Part shown: piece after piece, positions 1 through 8,791 of the stretch
How positions within the stretch are numbered: the stretch's first letter is position 1
Layout of the letters: each line of letters opens with the position of its first letter
Assembly (NCBI GenBank): GCA_003133815.1
Contig: PKZR01000281.1
Location: 1-38,151 of the forward strand
Origin: Limisphaerales bacterium
GTDB taxonomy: Bacteria; Verrucomicrobiota; Verrucomicrobiia; Limisphaerales; UBA11358
Length of the DNA stretch: 38,151 bases
Direction of reading: 5' to 3'
Position numbers and translations under genes: made by a program
The notes under the pieces: model-generated
What the model was told of the DNA's origin: nothing
The model's database searches: none
Seen by the model: the letters and a program-made list of their open reading frames with translations, nothing else

Positions 1-659
1 ATGAGGGAGTGCGGACGGCCATACGAAATCCATGTGCGCCAGAACTCGGCGTCCGTTGTCTGGGCGATGGTGTGCAGGTTTGGAACCATCGTGGCACGAT
101 TTGGGCCTTCATGGCAGATGCCGCAATCCGCATCGTAAAGCTCCTTGCTGAACTTGCCCTTGCCCTGATTGACGTGGCAACTGGCGCAATCACCGCTGAA
201 AACCGACTGCCTGTCCACTTGTGCAGCCATGACGTTCTTGGCGCGGTCAACACCAGCCATGCTATTGGTAGAAGGGTCAATGGTGATTTTGACGGAGAGC
301 GTTTCCGAATCCGTGTCCGTGCCTACGGTGATGGTTTTGGAAAGCGTGCCGCTCTTGGCGGCGATGTTGACCTTGATTCCGATTTGACCGTTAGTGCCCG
401 GCGCGATGACCCACGGCAGCGGCGGCAATTGCGCCGTGGTGCAACCGCACGACGGATGGACGCTCAAGATGGTGACGTTGGTGGAAGAAACATTGGTGAA
501 GCTAAAAGTGAAATGCGCTTCGCTTGCACCAGACATTATGTTTGTGGCTTTTGTCTCGGAATCCCAATTGAGATTTGTGTTTGAGAACAATCCTGCCGTA
601 GCTTTGGGGGTGGCGAAAAGGCAGAGAACCAAACAAAACAAAGTAAAAGTTAATTTCAT
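1..659 (-). pseudogene. DUF1573-like (SCGCT motif) + two-CxxCH c-type cytochrome secreted protein; reading frame broken twice, 3' end runs off the window
   Basis: Hand translation of the minus strand; this gene is not in the ORF track. ATG at 659 gives the signal peptide MKLTFTLFCLVLCLFATPKATA, then ...EAHFTFSFTNVSST. That frame hits TGA at 465-467. The hallmark NVTILSVHPSCGCTTAQLPP is readable only in a second frame (480-421). LPWVIAPGTNGQIGIKVN...CASCH...CGICHEGPN... returns to the first frame (419-3). Confidence 0.6.
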
Positions 660-729
660 AAGACCTTTAGAATCGGGATGTAACTGTAACACTAATACTT
701 TGACTACAAACCAAACCCGTCCAATTACG

Positions 730-1557
730 CTATTCTTCAATCGTATAATAATACGCAGGAAACTCACTGTGGCTGACAACGTCATAAAATTTGGGATAAA
801 GTGAAAGAAATGTTCCATTAGCTTTAGCTGCTTCAACGGGGTTTCCAAACGAACTCCGAGAATCTATATCTCTTGTAGTTACATAACCATTTGCGGTTTT
901 TTTGAAAAAGTCTGATTGTAAAGTAACTCTGCCAGCTTTCGGATTTTCACCTTCTTGAACTCGGAAAAAAACTAAGGCATAGTCATTTCCATCAAATTCG
1001 GTGGTAGCTGTTAAAAGCACGGTGTATTTTGTAAATCTTGGAAATATCTCATAAGTTGATTTCTTAATGTTTACATCACCTATAGCTCCCATAAGGAGTG
1101 CCTTTCCGCTTTCGTCAGCATGACTTAATAGTGTCTTTGAATCTCCCACATAAAACGCATGCCTAAAGGAACGCTGCGCGGCTACAGGAGTGGAAAAATC
1201 AACTGGCGATGCGTCGCGCACATCGTATACAACTGGCGGCTTGAGTTCTTGAGCGTGATAGTATCGCTTCCAAGCTTCCCAATTGGTAATGACAACCCCG
1301 GCATTTAAGAGCTTGAAGTCTTCTTTTGTCCCATTAACTACAGCTACAGGAACACCGCTTGTTTGCATACTATAAATAATCCCCGCCTGATTTGATTGTT
1401 CCATTTGTTTCTGAAAATCTGCAGCTTCCTTTGGCGAGTTAAATATGTTGGGCTTGTTGGAATTATCATCGCTGACTTTTACGTCTTCCGAAAATACGAT
1501 GCTATATGACAGGACATAAATAGCAATATAACACAAAATGCTTAAATTAAATCTCAT
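730..1557 (-). CDS. hypothetical secreted protein (N-terminal signal/anchor)
   Basis: ATG at 1557 and a hydrophobic N-terminus (LSILCYIAIYVLSYSIVFS). It lies 32 nt downstream of Cys-rich paralogue A on the same strand. I recognised no family motif. Confidence 0.55.
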   Translation of the reverse strand: MRFNLSILCYIAIYVLSYSIVFSEDVKVSDDNSNKPNIFNSPKEAADFQKQMEQSNQAGIIYSMQTSGVPVAVVNGTKEDFKLLNAGVVITNWEAWKRYYHAQELKPPVVYDVRDASPVDFSTPVAAQRSFRHAFYVGDSKTLLSHADESGKALLMGAIGDVNIKKSTYEIFPRFTKYTVLLTATTEFDGNDYALVFFRVQEGENPKAGRVTLQSDFFKKTANGYVTTRDIDSRSSFGNPVEAAKANGTFLSLYPKFYDVVSHSEFPAYYYTIEE

Positions 1558-1589
1558 TGATATAGCAAGTTTTTTAATTCCGCATCTTA

Positions 1590-2894
1590 TTATAAGTTAG
1601 GACTTACACAGATCGTGGTTTCTAACAGTGGATCTGAAGGAATATGTTTTGCACCCGTAGGAACATAATGTTCAGTATCTGTATAGAGTGTGCCTATTTG
1701 GACATAGGCCGTTAAAGAATATGTTATGTAATCTTGAGTATAAATATTTAGTTGAGTGGCCGGTGTTGGAGGAGTTACGCTGACACCCCATGCGTCTAAT
1801 TTAGATGAGAAGTATCCCGTTATGGATACGACGGTGTTTATTAGGGTGCTGCTGAAACTGTCGTTAATATTTGCGTTAAACGTGCAATCCCCTGTCGTAT
1901 ATGGTGAGTTGTTGCAGCCATAGCAGTCGTCTTCAGACACGGTCGTAATTGTTTCGTTGGCACTCACAGTAGTTGATGCACCTGCGCTAAATTGCCCAAG
2001 CGCTTCAATAGCACCCAGTAGGCTTGCAGAATTTGTATCATTTGCAGCTATAACGCTACAAATTCCCTGTATCCATCCCGGAAAAGCCGAAATAGCATTG
2101 AAATCAAAAGAACCTTGCAAGTGAAAAGGGGTCACAGTTCCTTGGTCCCATGTTTTCTTAATATTGCCAGAACTTCCGTTTGCGCAGCAGCTTTGCTTTG
2201 TCCACCAATTATGGGTTAAATAAAAATTGCCTTGAGGATTAGATAGATCAAATATACTTCCTATGCCGATACTTGAGGCAATATCATTAACACCTAGCTG
2301 CCAAGGAGGAATCCAGGTCGATCCCTGATTTTGTCCACCATACACTGTGGGGTCTATAACATTCCAAGTCACTTGACCTAAATTTACAGGATTTGGACTT
2401 GGTGGACTACAATCATTCGTATCAGAAGAAGTCACAACTCCCCAACAAATTGGACTGGTGTATGTCCCGGCATTTGTAGCTGTTGGTTTTCCAGGAGCCG
2501 CATAATGCCATGAGAAACTGTAAGTAATATTATTTGTCGCATATGTTGTTATATTTGAGCAAGTTTCCGTCGTGCTTGTAACAACACTTCCGGGAGTGGC
2601 TCCAGGTCCCGGCGGAGTCCAACTTGGATCAGGCAGAGAATCCCCACGTTTAACACAGAAAGTCATGGGCGTCAGGCTCATGCCATTTGTAATCGAAGGA
2701 CAATTTGTTGAGGGCGCATTTGTGACATAGTTCGGGCAATTGGTATTTTCGTTGTTCGTTCCACCGCCACCGCCGCCCTGCTGGGCGTGTAAGGTTGATG
2801 GCGTTATCAACGTCGCCAAAATAAATGCGGTGGCGAAAAGTGACAACACGACGACAGATGTGATTAGCTGTTTTTTAGAAGCTTCAGTTTTCAT
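1590..2894 (-). CDS. Cys/Thr/Ser/Asn-rich secreted protein, paralogue A (conserved N-terminal module, unique C-terminal half)
   Basis: Track ORF 1590..2981 begins at a TTG. The ATG at 2894 (MKTEASKKQLITSVVV...) aligns with the start of paralogue 7421..8674. It has a signal anchor and an HAQQ-GGGGGG linker. The first ~182 aa closely match the paralogue; the rest is unrelated. Confidence 0.7.
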   Translation of the reverse strand: MKTEASKKQLITSVVVLSLFATAFILATLITPSTLHAQQGGGGGGTNNENTNCPNYVTNAPSTNCPSITNGMSLTPMTFCVKRGDSLPDPSWTPPGPGATPGSVVTSTTETCSNITTYATNNITYSFSWHYAAPGKPTATNAGTYTSPICWGVVTSSDTNDCSPPSPNPVNLGQVTWNVIDPTVYGGQNQGSTWIPPWQLGVNDIASSIGIGSIFDLSNPQGNFYLTHNWWTKQSCCANGSSGNIKKTWDQGTVTPFHLQGSFDFNAISAFPGWIQGICSVIAANDTNSASLLGAIEALGQFSAGASTTVSANETITTVSEDDCYGCNNSPYTTGDCTFNANINDSFSSTLINTVVSITGYFSSKLDAWGVSVTPPTPATQLNIYTQDYITYSLTAYVQIGTLYTDTEHYVPTGAKHIPSDPLLETTICVSPNL

Positions 2895-3017
2895 GATTGA
2901 TAGTTGTGAATTCAACCCCTCCCAAGATTTTTCCACATACAACTTTAACCTTTGAGATGAGACTGCGACGTTTATATTCAACCCAGATGAAAAGTCAAGT
3001 TTTATTTGGATTTTATT
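2349..3017. repeat. Duplicated segment, copy 1 (N-terminal half of paralogue A + upstream intergenic + last codons of the upstream gene)
   Basis: Aligns with 8126..8791. 2761-2830 is identical over 70 nt to 8540-8609. Similarity continues through the intergenic region (aactttaacctttgagatgagactg / aacttttaactttgaggtgagactg) into the ...IKSK* / ...IKSKK* ends of the upstream genes. Confidence 0.85.
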
Positions 3018-5701
3018 TGCGGAACGCCGTTGGTTGCCCGTAAATCCTTGCTAATAACGGGCGTTGAGGTTTTTGATGCGTCGCGCCTGATCGGGTGTGT
3101 TACCAGATAATTTGTAACCACTTCATAGCCTTTGCCAGCATACGAATAGGTGACGCCGTCCCAGCGCAGACTCTTTTCAATTGCCCTTGCCGGAACAATT
3201 CCCAATGTTTTCAAGCTTTCTTCCCATTGCGGATACAAGCCAAGCTGGTAATAGCAGGTTGCCAAAGGCGAAGTTTCTGTAAATTGGGATGGTTCGCTCC
3301 CCACATTATTTTTCAAATACCACCGCAGCAGCGGCAGGTAAAACCGCCGCTTATTGACAGCCCACCATGTCTCATTCTTGAGCGGAAGTTGTTGCAGTTC
3401 TTCAAACATACGGCCTGCGGCTTCCGCTTCGGTTGCCGCCGGTTTGAAATCGTCCGGGGATGATTGTGGCTGGCCGGAAATTTGGCCGCGTTCCTTGGCC
3501 TGTTGCGCCTGTTTTTGCTGCCAATCCTGCTTCGTCTGATAGTAGGGCGGGGGCAGTTCGTCCACAAGATCAAGCATCACGCCATTTAGCAAGGTGTTAA
3601 ATGAATAATTGCGATTGACTTGAATTGTCAATGTGGTTGGCCCGCGCACGAGGAATCGTTTGTAGACGCCGCCCCAAAAATTGTCAATCCGGGCGTGCGC
3701 CAGCTCCGGTTTCTTGTTGAAATCAACGATGTCATAAAAGGAACGCATGATTGAATACTTGGGCGTTATGATGTCCAAAGATGAGCGTCCCGGGTGCGGG
3801 CGAATCGAAATCTCGTAATCCCGAAACCGGTTTACTCCCAAATGACCGTCGTTGTTGACATCGTAGAGGGACAGATAAAACAAGCCGGGTGGAATGTTAA
3901 GCGAGCAATAAATGTGAGGGCCATCCTGTGTTCGAGGGTATGCTTCGCCATGGTCATCCCATTCCGATTGGCGGCGATCCACATCCCAAGTGGTCAGATT
4001 TTTCATCACCCGGCTGTGAAGAAACGTCGGTGACATTTCCAAACTGCGCGGGTCTGCGGTGGCAAGCGCGGTAAGCCAGTAACGCAGAGAGTCGCCGGGG
4101 TTGTGATTAAGTCCCATGCGGGCATCATACGTAACGTCCCAGCCAGCCCCCCAAAGATCATTCATTTCCAAATTGTGTCCTGTAAAGCGTTGCGACCAGT
4201 TCGCGCACAGCACAATCCAGAACCGGCCATATCGCCCAATCCATTCGCCTTCGGTTTTCCAATCGTCTTCCAGTGGAATGACCATTGGTGTGGCATCTTC
4301 CCGACTGTAAGGAACAGAATTTATCTCTTTAAGATATGAATTAAATTCCTCCAATGATGGTGGTTTGGCCGAGCGAGGCAGCGTGGCCGTGATTGTTGCA
4401 TGGTTTGTTTGGACACTATCTTGCGCCACGTCATCGTTTGTGGACAAATCTGGGATTGCCAATCCACCGCCATAACTGCCGACATATCGTTTGAAGTTGT
4501 CGCCCGGCAACATGGTGGTAACATAATCGTCGCTTAACCATCCGCCTCTGTGCGTATCGTGAAAGAGTATTTTGTCGGCTTTGGAATTTAACACTGCATA
4601 ACCCTCTGTCCGAAATCCCAGCCAGATGTTCGTGTCTGCATCTTCCGCCAGACAGGTGATGTAATCTTCCGGCAGCAATAAATCCTTCACGTTTATCTGC
4701 GACATGGGTTGCCAATCATCAGGCGGCGCATCTCCGACAAACCTGCGAACCTTTGCGGCGTAATCCGAGCCGCGAATATATTCCCACGATGATCCGCTGT
4801 TGGTGCTGAACGCCAGCCCTGCGGAAGTTGCCGCATAGATTTTTTCATCGCTGGTCACCAGCAAATCGTTGATGAGGCCGCTCGGCAGGCCGCTTCCAAC
4901 CGGAGTAGTTGGCAATTGATCAGGTCCGGGAATGGTGTGCCATTGTTTGTAACCGCCAACCGCTGAACCAATGGCAATTCCATCGCACTGTGTGCCGACA
5001 TAGATATTCCCCTTTGTGTCAAAAGCCAGACCATTGGCTTGGTCGCTGGGCAGGCCATCGGCGCGAGTGTAGTTTCGCCAAGTATCGGTGTCTGGCGAAT
5101 AACGGGTCAATCCGGCGCTGGTGGCCATCCACACGTCGCCATCCGTCGGGCAGACGGCAATCTTAAAAATTCGTTCACCTATCGGACCGTCAAGAACGTC
5201 GTAATTTTTCCATGTATCGCCGTTAAAGACCGCCACCCCGTGGTTAAGTTCTCCCACCCAGATGCGCCCCTGCTGATCACAGGCGATTGAATAGGCGTTA
5301 TTGTCGCCCAAACCGTTGTTGGTCGTGAATTGAGACCATTGGCTGTCTGGGTCGGCATCGGGATCATATCGGTAAACTCCGTCGTCTTCCGTTCCAATCC
5401 ATACGTTCCCCTGCAAGTCGCGCGCAAGAGAGACGATATGGGAATCAGGTTTCGGCATATCAGACGGCAAATCCGGCTTAATTTTTACTCCTACCGTCAG
5501 ACCGGATAGAATATCAGGAAGAAGGGTGTTGGGAGTTTTAGTGGCTTTCTTTGTTGGCTGAAGTTGATCTGTTGCAACTATCGGCGAATGAGATGCGGCG
5601 ATGTGGCGCAAGTGTGATGCCCGTATGGCGCAGAAAATAAAAAATGCCACGACACTTGCTATTCCAGCCCATTGCCCTGCTTTTTTGAACTGTAGTTTCA
5701 C
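3002..5701 (-). CDS. membrane-anchored beta-propeller protein with Reg_prop (two-component-regulator propeller)-type repeats and a large uncharacterised C-terminal region
   Basis: GTG start at 5701; there is no in-frame ATG before the N-terminal TM helix WAGIASVVAFFIFCAI. Repeats such as GTEDDGVYRYD, VWMATSAGLTRYSPDTDTWRNY and GLPSDQANGLAFDTKGNIYVGT are present. Confidence 0.7.
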   Translation of the reverse strand: MKLQFKKAGQWAGIASVVAFFIFCAIRASHLRHIAASHSPIVATDQLQPTKKATKTPNTLLPDILSGLTVGVKIKPDLPSDMPKPDSHIVSLARDLQGNVWIGTEDDGVYRYDPDADPDSQWSQFTTNNGLGDNNAYSIACDQQGRIWVGELNHGVAVFNGDTWKNYDVLDGPIGERIFKIAVCPTDGDVWMATSAGLTRYSPDTDTWRNYTRADGLPSDQANGLAFDTKGNIYVGTQCDGIAIGSAVGGYKQWHTIPGPDQLPTTPVGSGLPSGLINDLLVTSDEKIYAATSAGLAFSTNSGSSWEYIRGSDYAAKVRRFVGDAPPDDWQPMSQINVKDLLLPEDYITCLAEDADTNIWLGFRTEGYAVLNSKADKILFHDTHRGGWLSDDYVTTMLPGDNFKRYVGSYGGGLAIPDLSTNDDVAQDSVQTNHATITATLPRSAKPPSLEEFNSYLKEINSVPYSREDATPMVIPLEDDWKTEGEWIGRYGRFWIVLCANWSQRFTGHNLEMNDLWGAGWDVTYDARMGLNHNPGDSLRYWLTALATADPRSLEMSPTFLHSRVMKNLTTWDVDRRQSEWDDHGEAYPRTQDGPHIYCSLNIPPGLFYLSLYDVNNDGHLGVNRFRDYEISIRPHPGRSSLDIITPKYSIMRSFYDIVDFNKKPELAHARIDNFWGGVYKRFLVRGPTTLTIQVNRNYSFNTLLNGVMLDLVDELPPPYYQTKQDWQQKQAQQAKERGQISGQPQSSPDDFKPAATEAEAAGRMFEELQQLPLKNETWWAVNKRRFYLPLLRWYLKNNVGSEPSQFTETSPLATCYYQLGLYPQWEESLKTLGIVPARAIEKSLRWDGVTYSYAGKGYEVVTNYLVTHPIRRDASKTSTPVISKDLRATNGVPQIKSK

Positions 5702-5836
5702 TTAATTGATCACAGCCTGTCCGCCAAATTCAGCCAACGTTAGTTTAGTTTCCGGCACTTTTAGATGGAATTGCCGTAGAAGATAGCTAACAAGAGATGA
5801 TATTTGTATATAATGGAAAGAAGGGGGCGACTCATT

Positions 5837-6271
5837 TTATTTTTTATGCAAAGCAAGAAAAAAAAGATAAAAACTCATTCCCAAAAAACCCACAACAAAA
5901 ACGAGAAGAAAAAGCGGGGGTAGCCAAAGGCTTGTAAACGATTTAATGTCTGCATCTGCCGGATTATCGAGAGGGTATAAAACTTTTACGCTGGCTCCGA
6001 TACGATATGGCTTTCTTCGCGAGCCAATTGAGGACTTAAAGGTAAATTCCTTTCCATTGGTATCTGAAAATTGAACTTGAGGTCTAAAAAAAATCCCCTG
6101 CCGAGCGTTATAATGCTCGGCATAACCAGTAATCGTTCCAAAAGCCGTTGCCCATTTTTTTGTTTTGCGGTAGGTTTGGCGTAAAAGAAAAAAAGCCCCC
6201 GTCGCACTGGCAGTTCCGAACACCAAAAGAACAATCGCAACTATGCAGTTTATTAAGGAGGCGTTATTCAT
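5837..6271 (-). CDS. DUF3592-like small membrane protein (TM - beta-rich core - TM)
   Basis: ATG at 6271. N-terminal helix IVAIVLLVFGTASATGAFFLL, a soluble core (GTITGYAEHYN...VQFSDTNGKEFTF...YRIGASVKVLYPLDNP), and C-terminal helix LPPLFLLVFVVGFLGMSFYLFFL. Confidence 0.55.
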   Translation of the reverse strand: MNNASLINCIVAIVLLVFGTASATGAFFLLRQTYRKTKKWATAFGTITGYAEHYNARQGIFFRPQVQFSDTNGKEFTFKSSIGSRRKPYRIGASVKVLYPLDNPADADIKSFTSLWLPPLFLLVFVVGFLGMSFYLFFLALHKK

Positions 6272-6278
6272 TCAAAGG

Positions 6279-7403
6279 CTATCTTCCGACTTGCATCATC
6301 AAAGCTGCTGTCATTTGTTTACTAGATAATATTTCGTCGGCAAAAACCTCGTCGGAATATGCAACTAGCTTAAAAGCATCACCCACTTTTGTAACTCGAA
6401 AGAGCTTCAACTGATCGTTTTTCAAAAAGGGAGTTAGGTAAACCCAATACTGATTTGCATTTGAAATGTAAAAATTAATTTTGAAGTCTTCATATTTTTT
6501 GAAATAATCGACAGTCTCTTTTTGCTCTCCATTCTGGATCATCCCATTTATAAACATCTGGTCGCGCCCAGAACGCCAGAGCGAGATAATAGCATTAGTG
6601 GAATCATTTTTATAAGCGTCAATTATCTGACGCATAAAGACTCCAAGGGGATCTTGAGACTCTGAAATTCGCGTGCTTCCTGCAATGTTAGTTAACTTAT
6701 ATTTTATAATTACTTTAGAATCGGAGAAATCTGAATTTGTCTCTACTTCATTTGAATAGGTAAATGTGGCGTTAAGCAAATTTTCGTCATCGTCTTTAGA
6801 AATCAGCCTTTCTACTTTTGACTTCCAATAGGGAAATGCGCTCGCTGCCCAATTAAATATCTCAATGTCCTTCGGTTCCACAAATACATAATTATTCCCG
6901 TCTTTCTCCAAATATGCAGAAAGCGTTGCACGATGTCCATTTCTTAAGGACGACTCGTAAGTGATGTAGGTTAATGGGCCGAATATTGCTTTGGTTAGCA
7001 ATCGAAAGTCTTGAATGTCGGCATAAAACTTTTTGAGGCCATTTATGTCCGCAAACATCTTCCGGGCTTTTTCTCTGCTTTCTCCAGGTTTGAAATCACC
7101 AATTACATTTTCCAAATCTCCAGAAGAAAGAAGTTTAATCTGTCTTAAAACCAAATATTCGGGGGTATTTGTAAGCCATTCTGTGTTGGCATTGATCATA
7201 AGCGATCCAAACGAGGTGTTAGTGGGATATTCGCCTATCAGCAAATCCGCTCCAAGACAGGTTCCTTTGTCATCACTCAATATTGAAAACTGCTGCCTGT
7301 GAACATCACAAGCAATCTGACTTCTTGAGAAATCTATACTCAACGAAATAACTAAAACCGACAAAAGAATTTGCTTAATAGTCATAAGCTTTAATTTGCT
7401 CAT
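6279..7403 (-). CDS. hypothetical secreted protein
   Basis: Track ORF 6279..7445 starts at TTG and overlaps the upstream gene. The ATG at 7403 (MSKLKLMTIKQILLSVLVISLSI...) gives a signal peptide and a 17-nt gap after the stop of paralogue B. ATG 7436 is an alternative start. Confidence 0.55.
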   Translation of the reverse strand: MSKLKLMTIKQILLSVLVISLSIDFSRSQIACDVHRQQFSILSDDKGTCLGADLLIGEYPTNTSFGSLMINANTEWLTNTPEYLVLRQIKLLSSGDLENVIGDFKPGESREKARKMFADINGLKKFYADIQDFRLLTKAIFGPLTYITYESSLRNGHRATLSAYLEKDGNNYVFVEPKDIEIFNWAASAFPYWKSKVERLISKDDDENLLNATFTYSNEVETNSDFSDSKVIIKYKLTNIAGSTRISESQDPLGVFMRQIIDAYKNDSTNAIISLWRSGRDQMFINGMIQNGEQKETVDYFKKYEDFKINFYISNANQYWVYLTPFLKNDQLKLFRVTKVGDAFKLVAYSDEVFADEILSSKQMTAALMMQVGR

Positions 7404-7420
7404 TTTTGCTGTTACTACAA

Positions 7421-8674
7421 TCAAGGATATGACCATCCATCCCAAGCATGGAATGTGTGGGTAAAAGAAAATCCGGTTCCATCAACTGTCAATTGTGCGG
7501 TTCCGGTTAGGTCTACACCGCCAATACTAAAGGTGGCTCCGCTCAAGCCACTTGTCCCGCAGTCTGTTCCAGTGCTATATTGGCCTCCTGCTGAAGCGCT
7601 GGTTGAAGCTTCGCCAGAAATGTCTACGGTAAAAGTATCATTAACGGAATACCAGTGGCCTGATTCAAACAGTTGAACAGTTGCACTAGCGGTTGCTCCT
7701 AGTTTTAACGCAAGACCACATGAGCCATTTAGAGAACCGGTAAAGCAGCTACCGCAGTCAGGATCTGTAGTTTTGCCACTAAGTGCAATGGTCCCTCCTG
7801 GTGTAAGAGTAATTGTAGGTCCTAGAGTCGCATTCCAGTCAATTAGATAAAGAAATGGTGTAGTTCCACCATAACCACCATCCCATGACCAACCCGGAAC
7901 AACTACATCAACTGAACATTTTGCGCTGACGGATCCACTGTATTTTGCATAATTGTCAGGAGCGCCAGTGGTTGGGCAACATTCTTGTCCAGTTTCCTTT
8001 GAACCTTCAGTGCCTACAGTGATGGTTATATCTTTAATAAAATTACCCGGGCAATGAGAAAAGAATCCATCTATGGCATTTTCAAATACTGATGCATCAT
8101 AGCCAACCGCAACGGTGTTTGGATGGGGGTCAATCACATACCACGTCACTACTCCTAAATTTATAGGTGTCTGACTTGAATCTGGACTACAATCATTAGT
8201 GTCAGAAGAAGTCACAGTTCCCCAACAAATCGGGCTGGTTACGGTTCCGGCTGTAGTGGGCTTTGGTGGTTTTCCGGGGGCGTCATAATGCCAACCGAAA
8301 CTGTAACTGACATTATTTGTCGAAGACGTGACGGTATTTGAACAAGTTTCAGTAATGGTTGTAACAACACTTCCGGGAGTGGCTCCCGGCCCCGGCGGAG
8401 TCCAACTTGGATCAGGCAGATCATCCCCAAGCTTAACGCAAAAGCTCATCGGCGACAGACTCATGCCATTGGTAATCGAAGGACACGAAGGGGCGACGTT
8501 TGTTGTATAACTGGGGCAGTTGCTATTTTCATTGCCACTTCCACCGCCACCGCCGCCCTGCTGGGCGTGTAAGGTTGATGGCGTTATCAACGTCGCCAAA
8601 ATAAATGCGGCGGCGAAAAGTGCCAACACGACGACTGAAGTGAATATCTGACCCTTGGAATTTTCTGTTTTCAT
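7421..8674 (-). CDS. Cys/Thr/Ser/Gly-rich secreted protein, paralogue B (same N-terminal module as 1590..2894, unrelated C-terminal half)
   Basis: ATG at 8674. MKTENSKGQIFTSVVVLALFAAAFILATLITPSTLHAQQGGGGGG..., with conserved CPSITNGMSL..FCVK.GD.LPDPSWTPPGPGATPGSVVT...SPICWG.VTSSDTNDCSP up to ...VIDP. Confidence 0.7.
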   Translation of the reverse strand: MKTENSKGQIFTSVVVLALFAAAFILATLITPSTLHAQQGGGGGGSGNENSNCPSYTTNVAPSCPSITNGMSLSPMSFCVKLGDDLPDPSWTPPGPGATPGSVVTTITETCSNTVTSSTNNVSYSFGWHYDAPGKPPKPTTAGTVTSPICWGTVTSSDTNDCSPDSSQTPINLGVVTWYVIDPHPNTVAVGYDASVFENAIDGFFSHCPGNFIKDITITVGTEGSKETGQECCPTTGAPDNYAKYSGSVSAKCSVDVVVPGWSWDGGYGGTTPFLYLIDWNATLGPTITLTPGGTIALSGKTTDPDCGSCFTGSLNGSCGLALKLGATASATVQLFESGHWYSVNDTFTVDISGEASTSASAGGQYSTGTDCGTSGLSGATFSIGGVDLTGTAQLTVDGTGFSFTHTFHAWDGWSYP

Positions 8675-8791
8675 AGTTGTGAACCTGTCTCCCCCAAGAC
8701 TTTTCCGCGCACAACTTTTAACTTTGAGGTGAGACTGGCTCCTTTATATTCAACCAACCGAAAAAATCAAGTTTTATTTTTTGGATTTTAT
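8126..8791. repeat. Duplicated segment, copy 2
   Basis: See copy 1 (2349..3017). Confidence 0.85.

Noticed and set aside
9-804. Plus-strand ORFs 9..584, 169..387 and 394..804
   Set aside because: They begin at GTG/TTG codons and are Arg/Gly/Ala-rich with no motifs. They lie antisense to a minus-strand sequence that encodes clear DUF1573 and CxxCH motifs, so they are shadow ORFs.
3095-5427. Numerous 60-120-aa ORFs on both strands inside 3002..5701
   Set aside because: All are nested in or antisense to the 899-aa Reg_prop protein gene, which has coherent repeats and an N-terminal TM helix.
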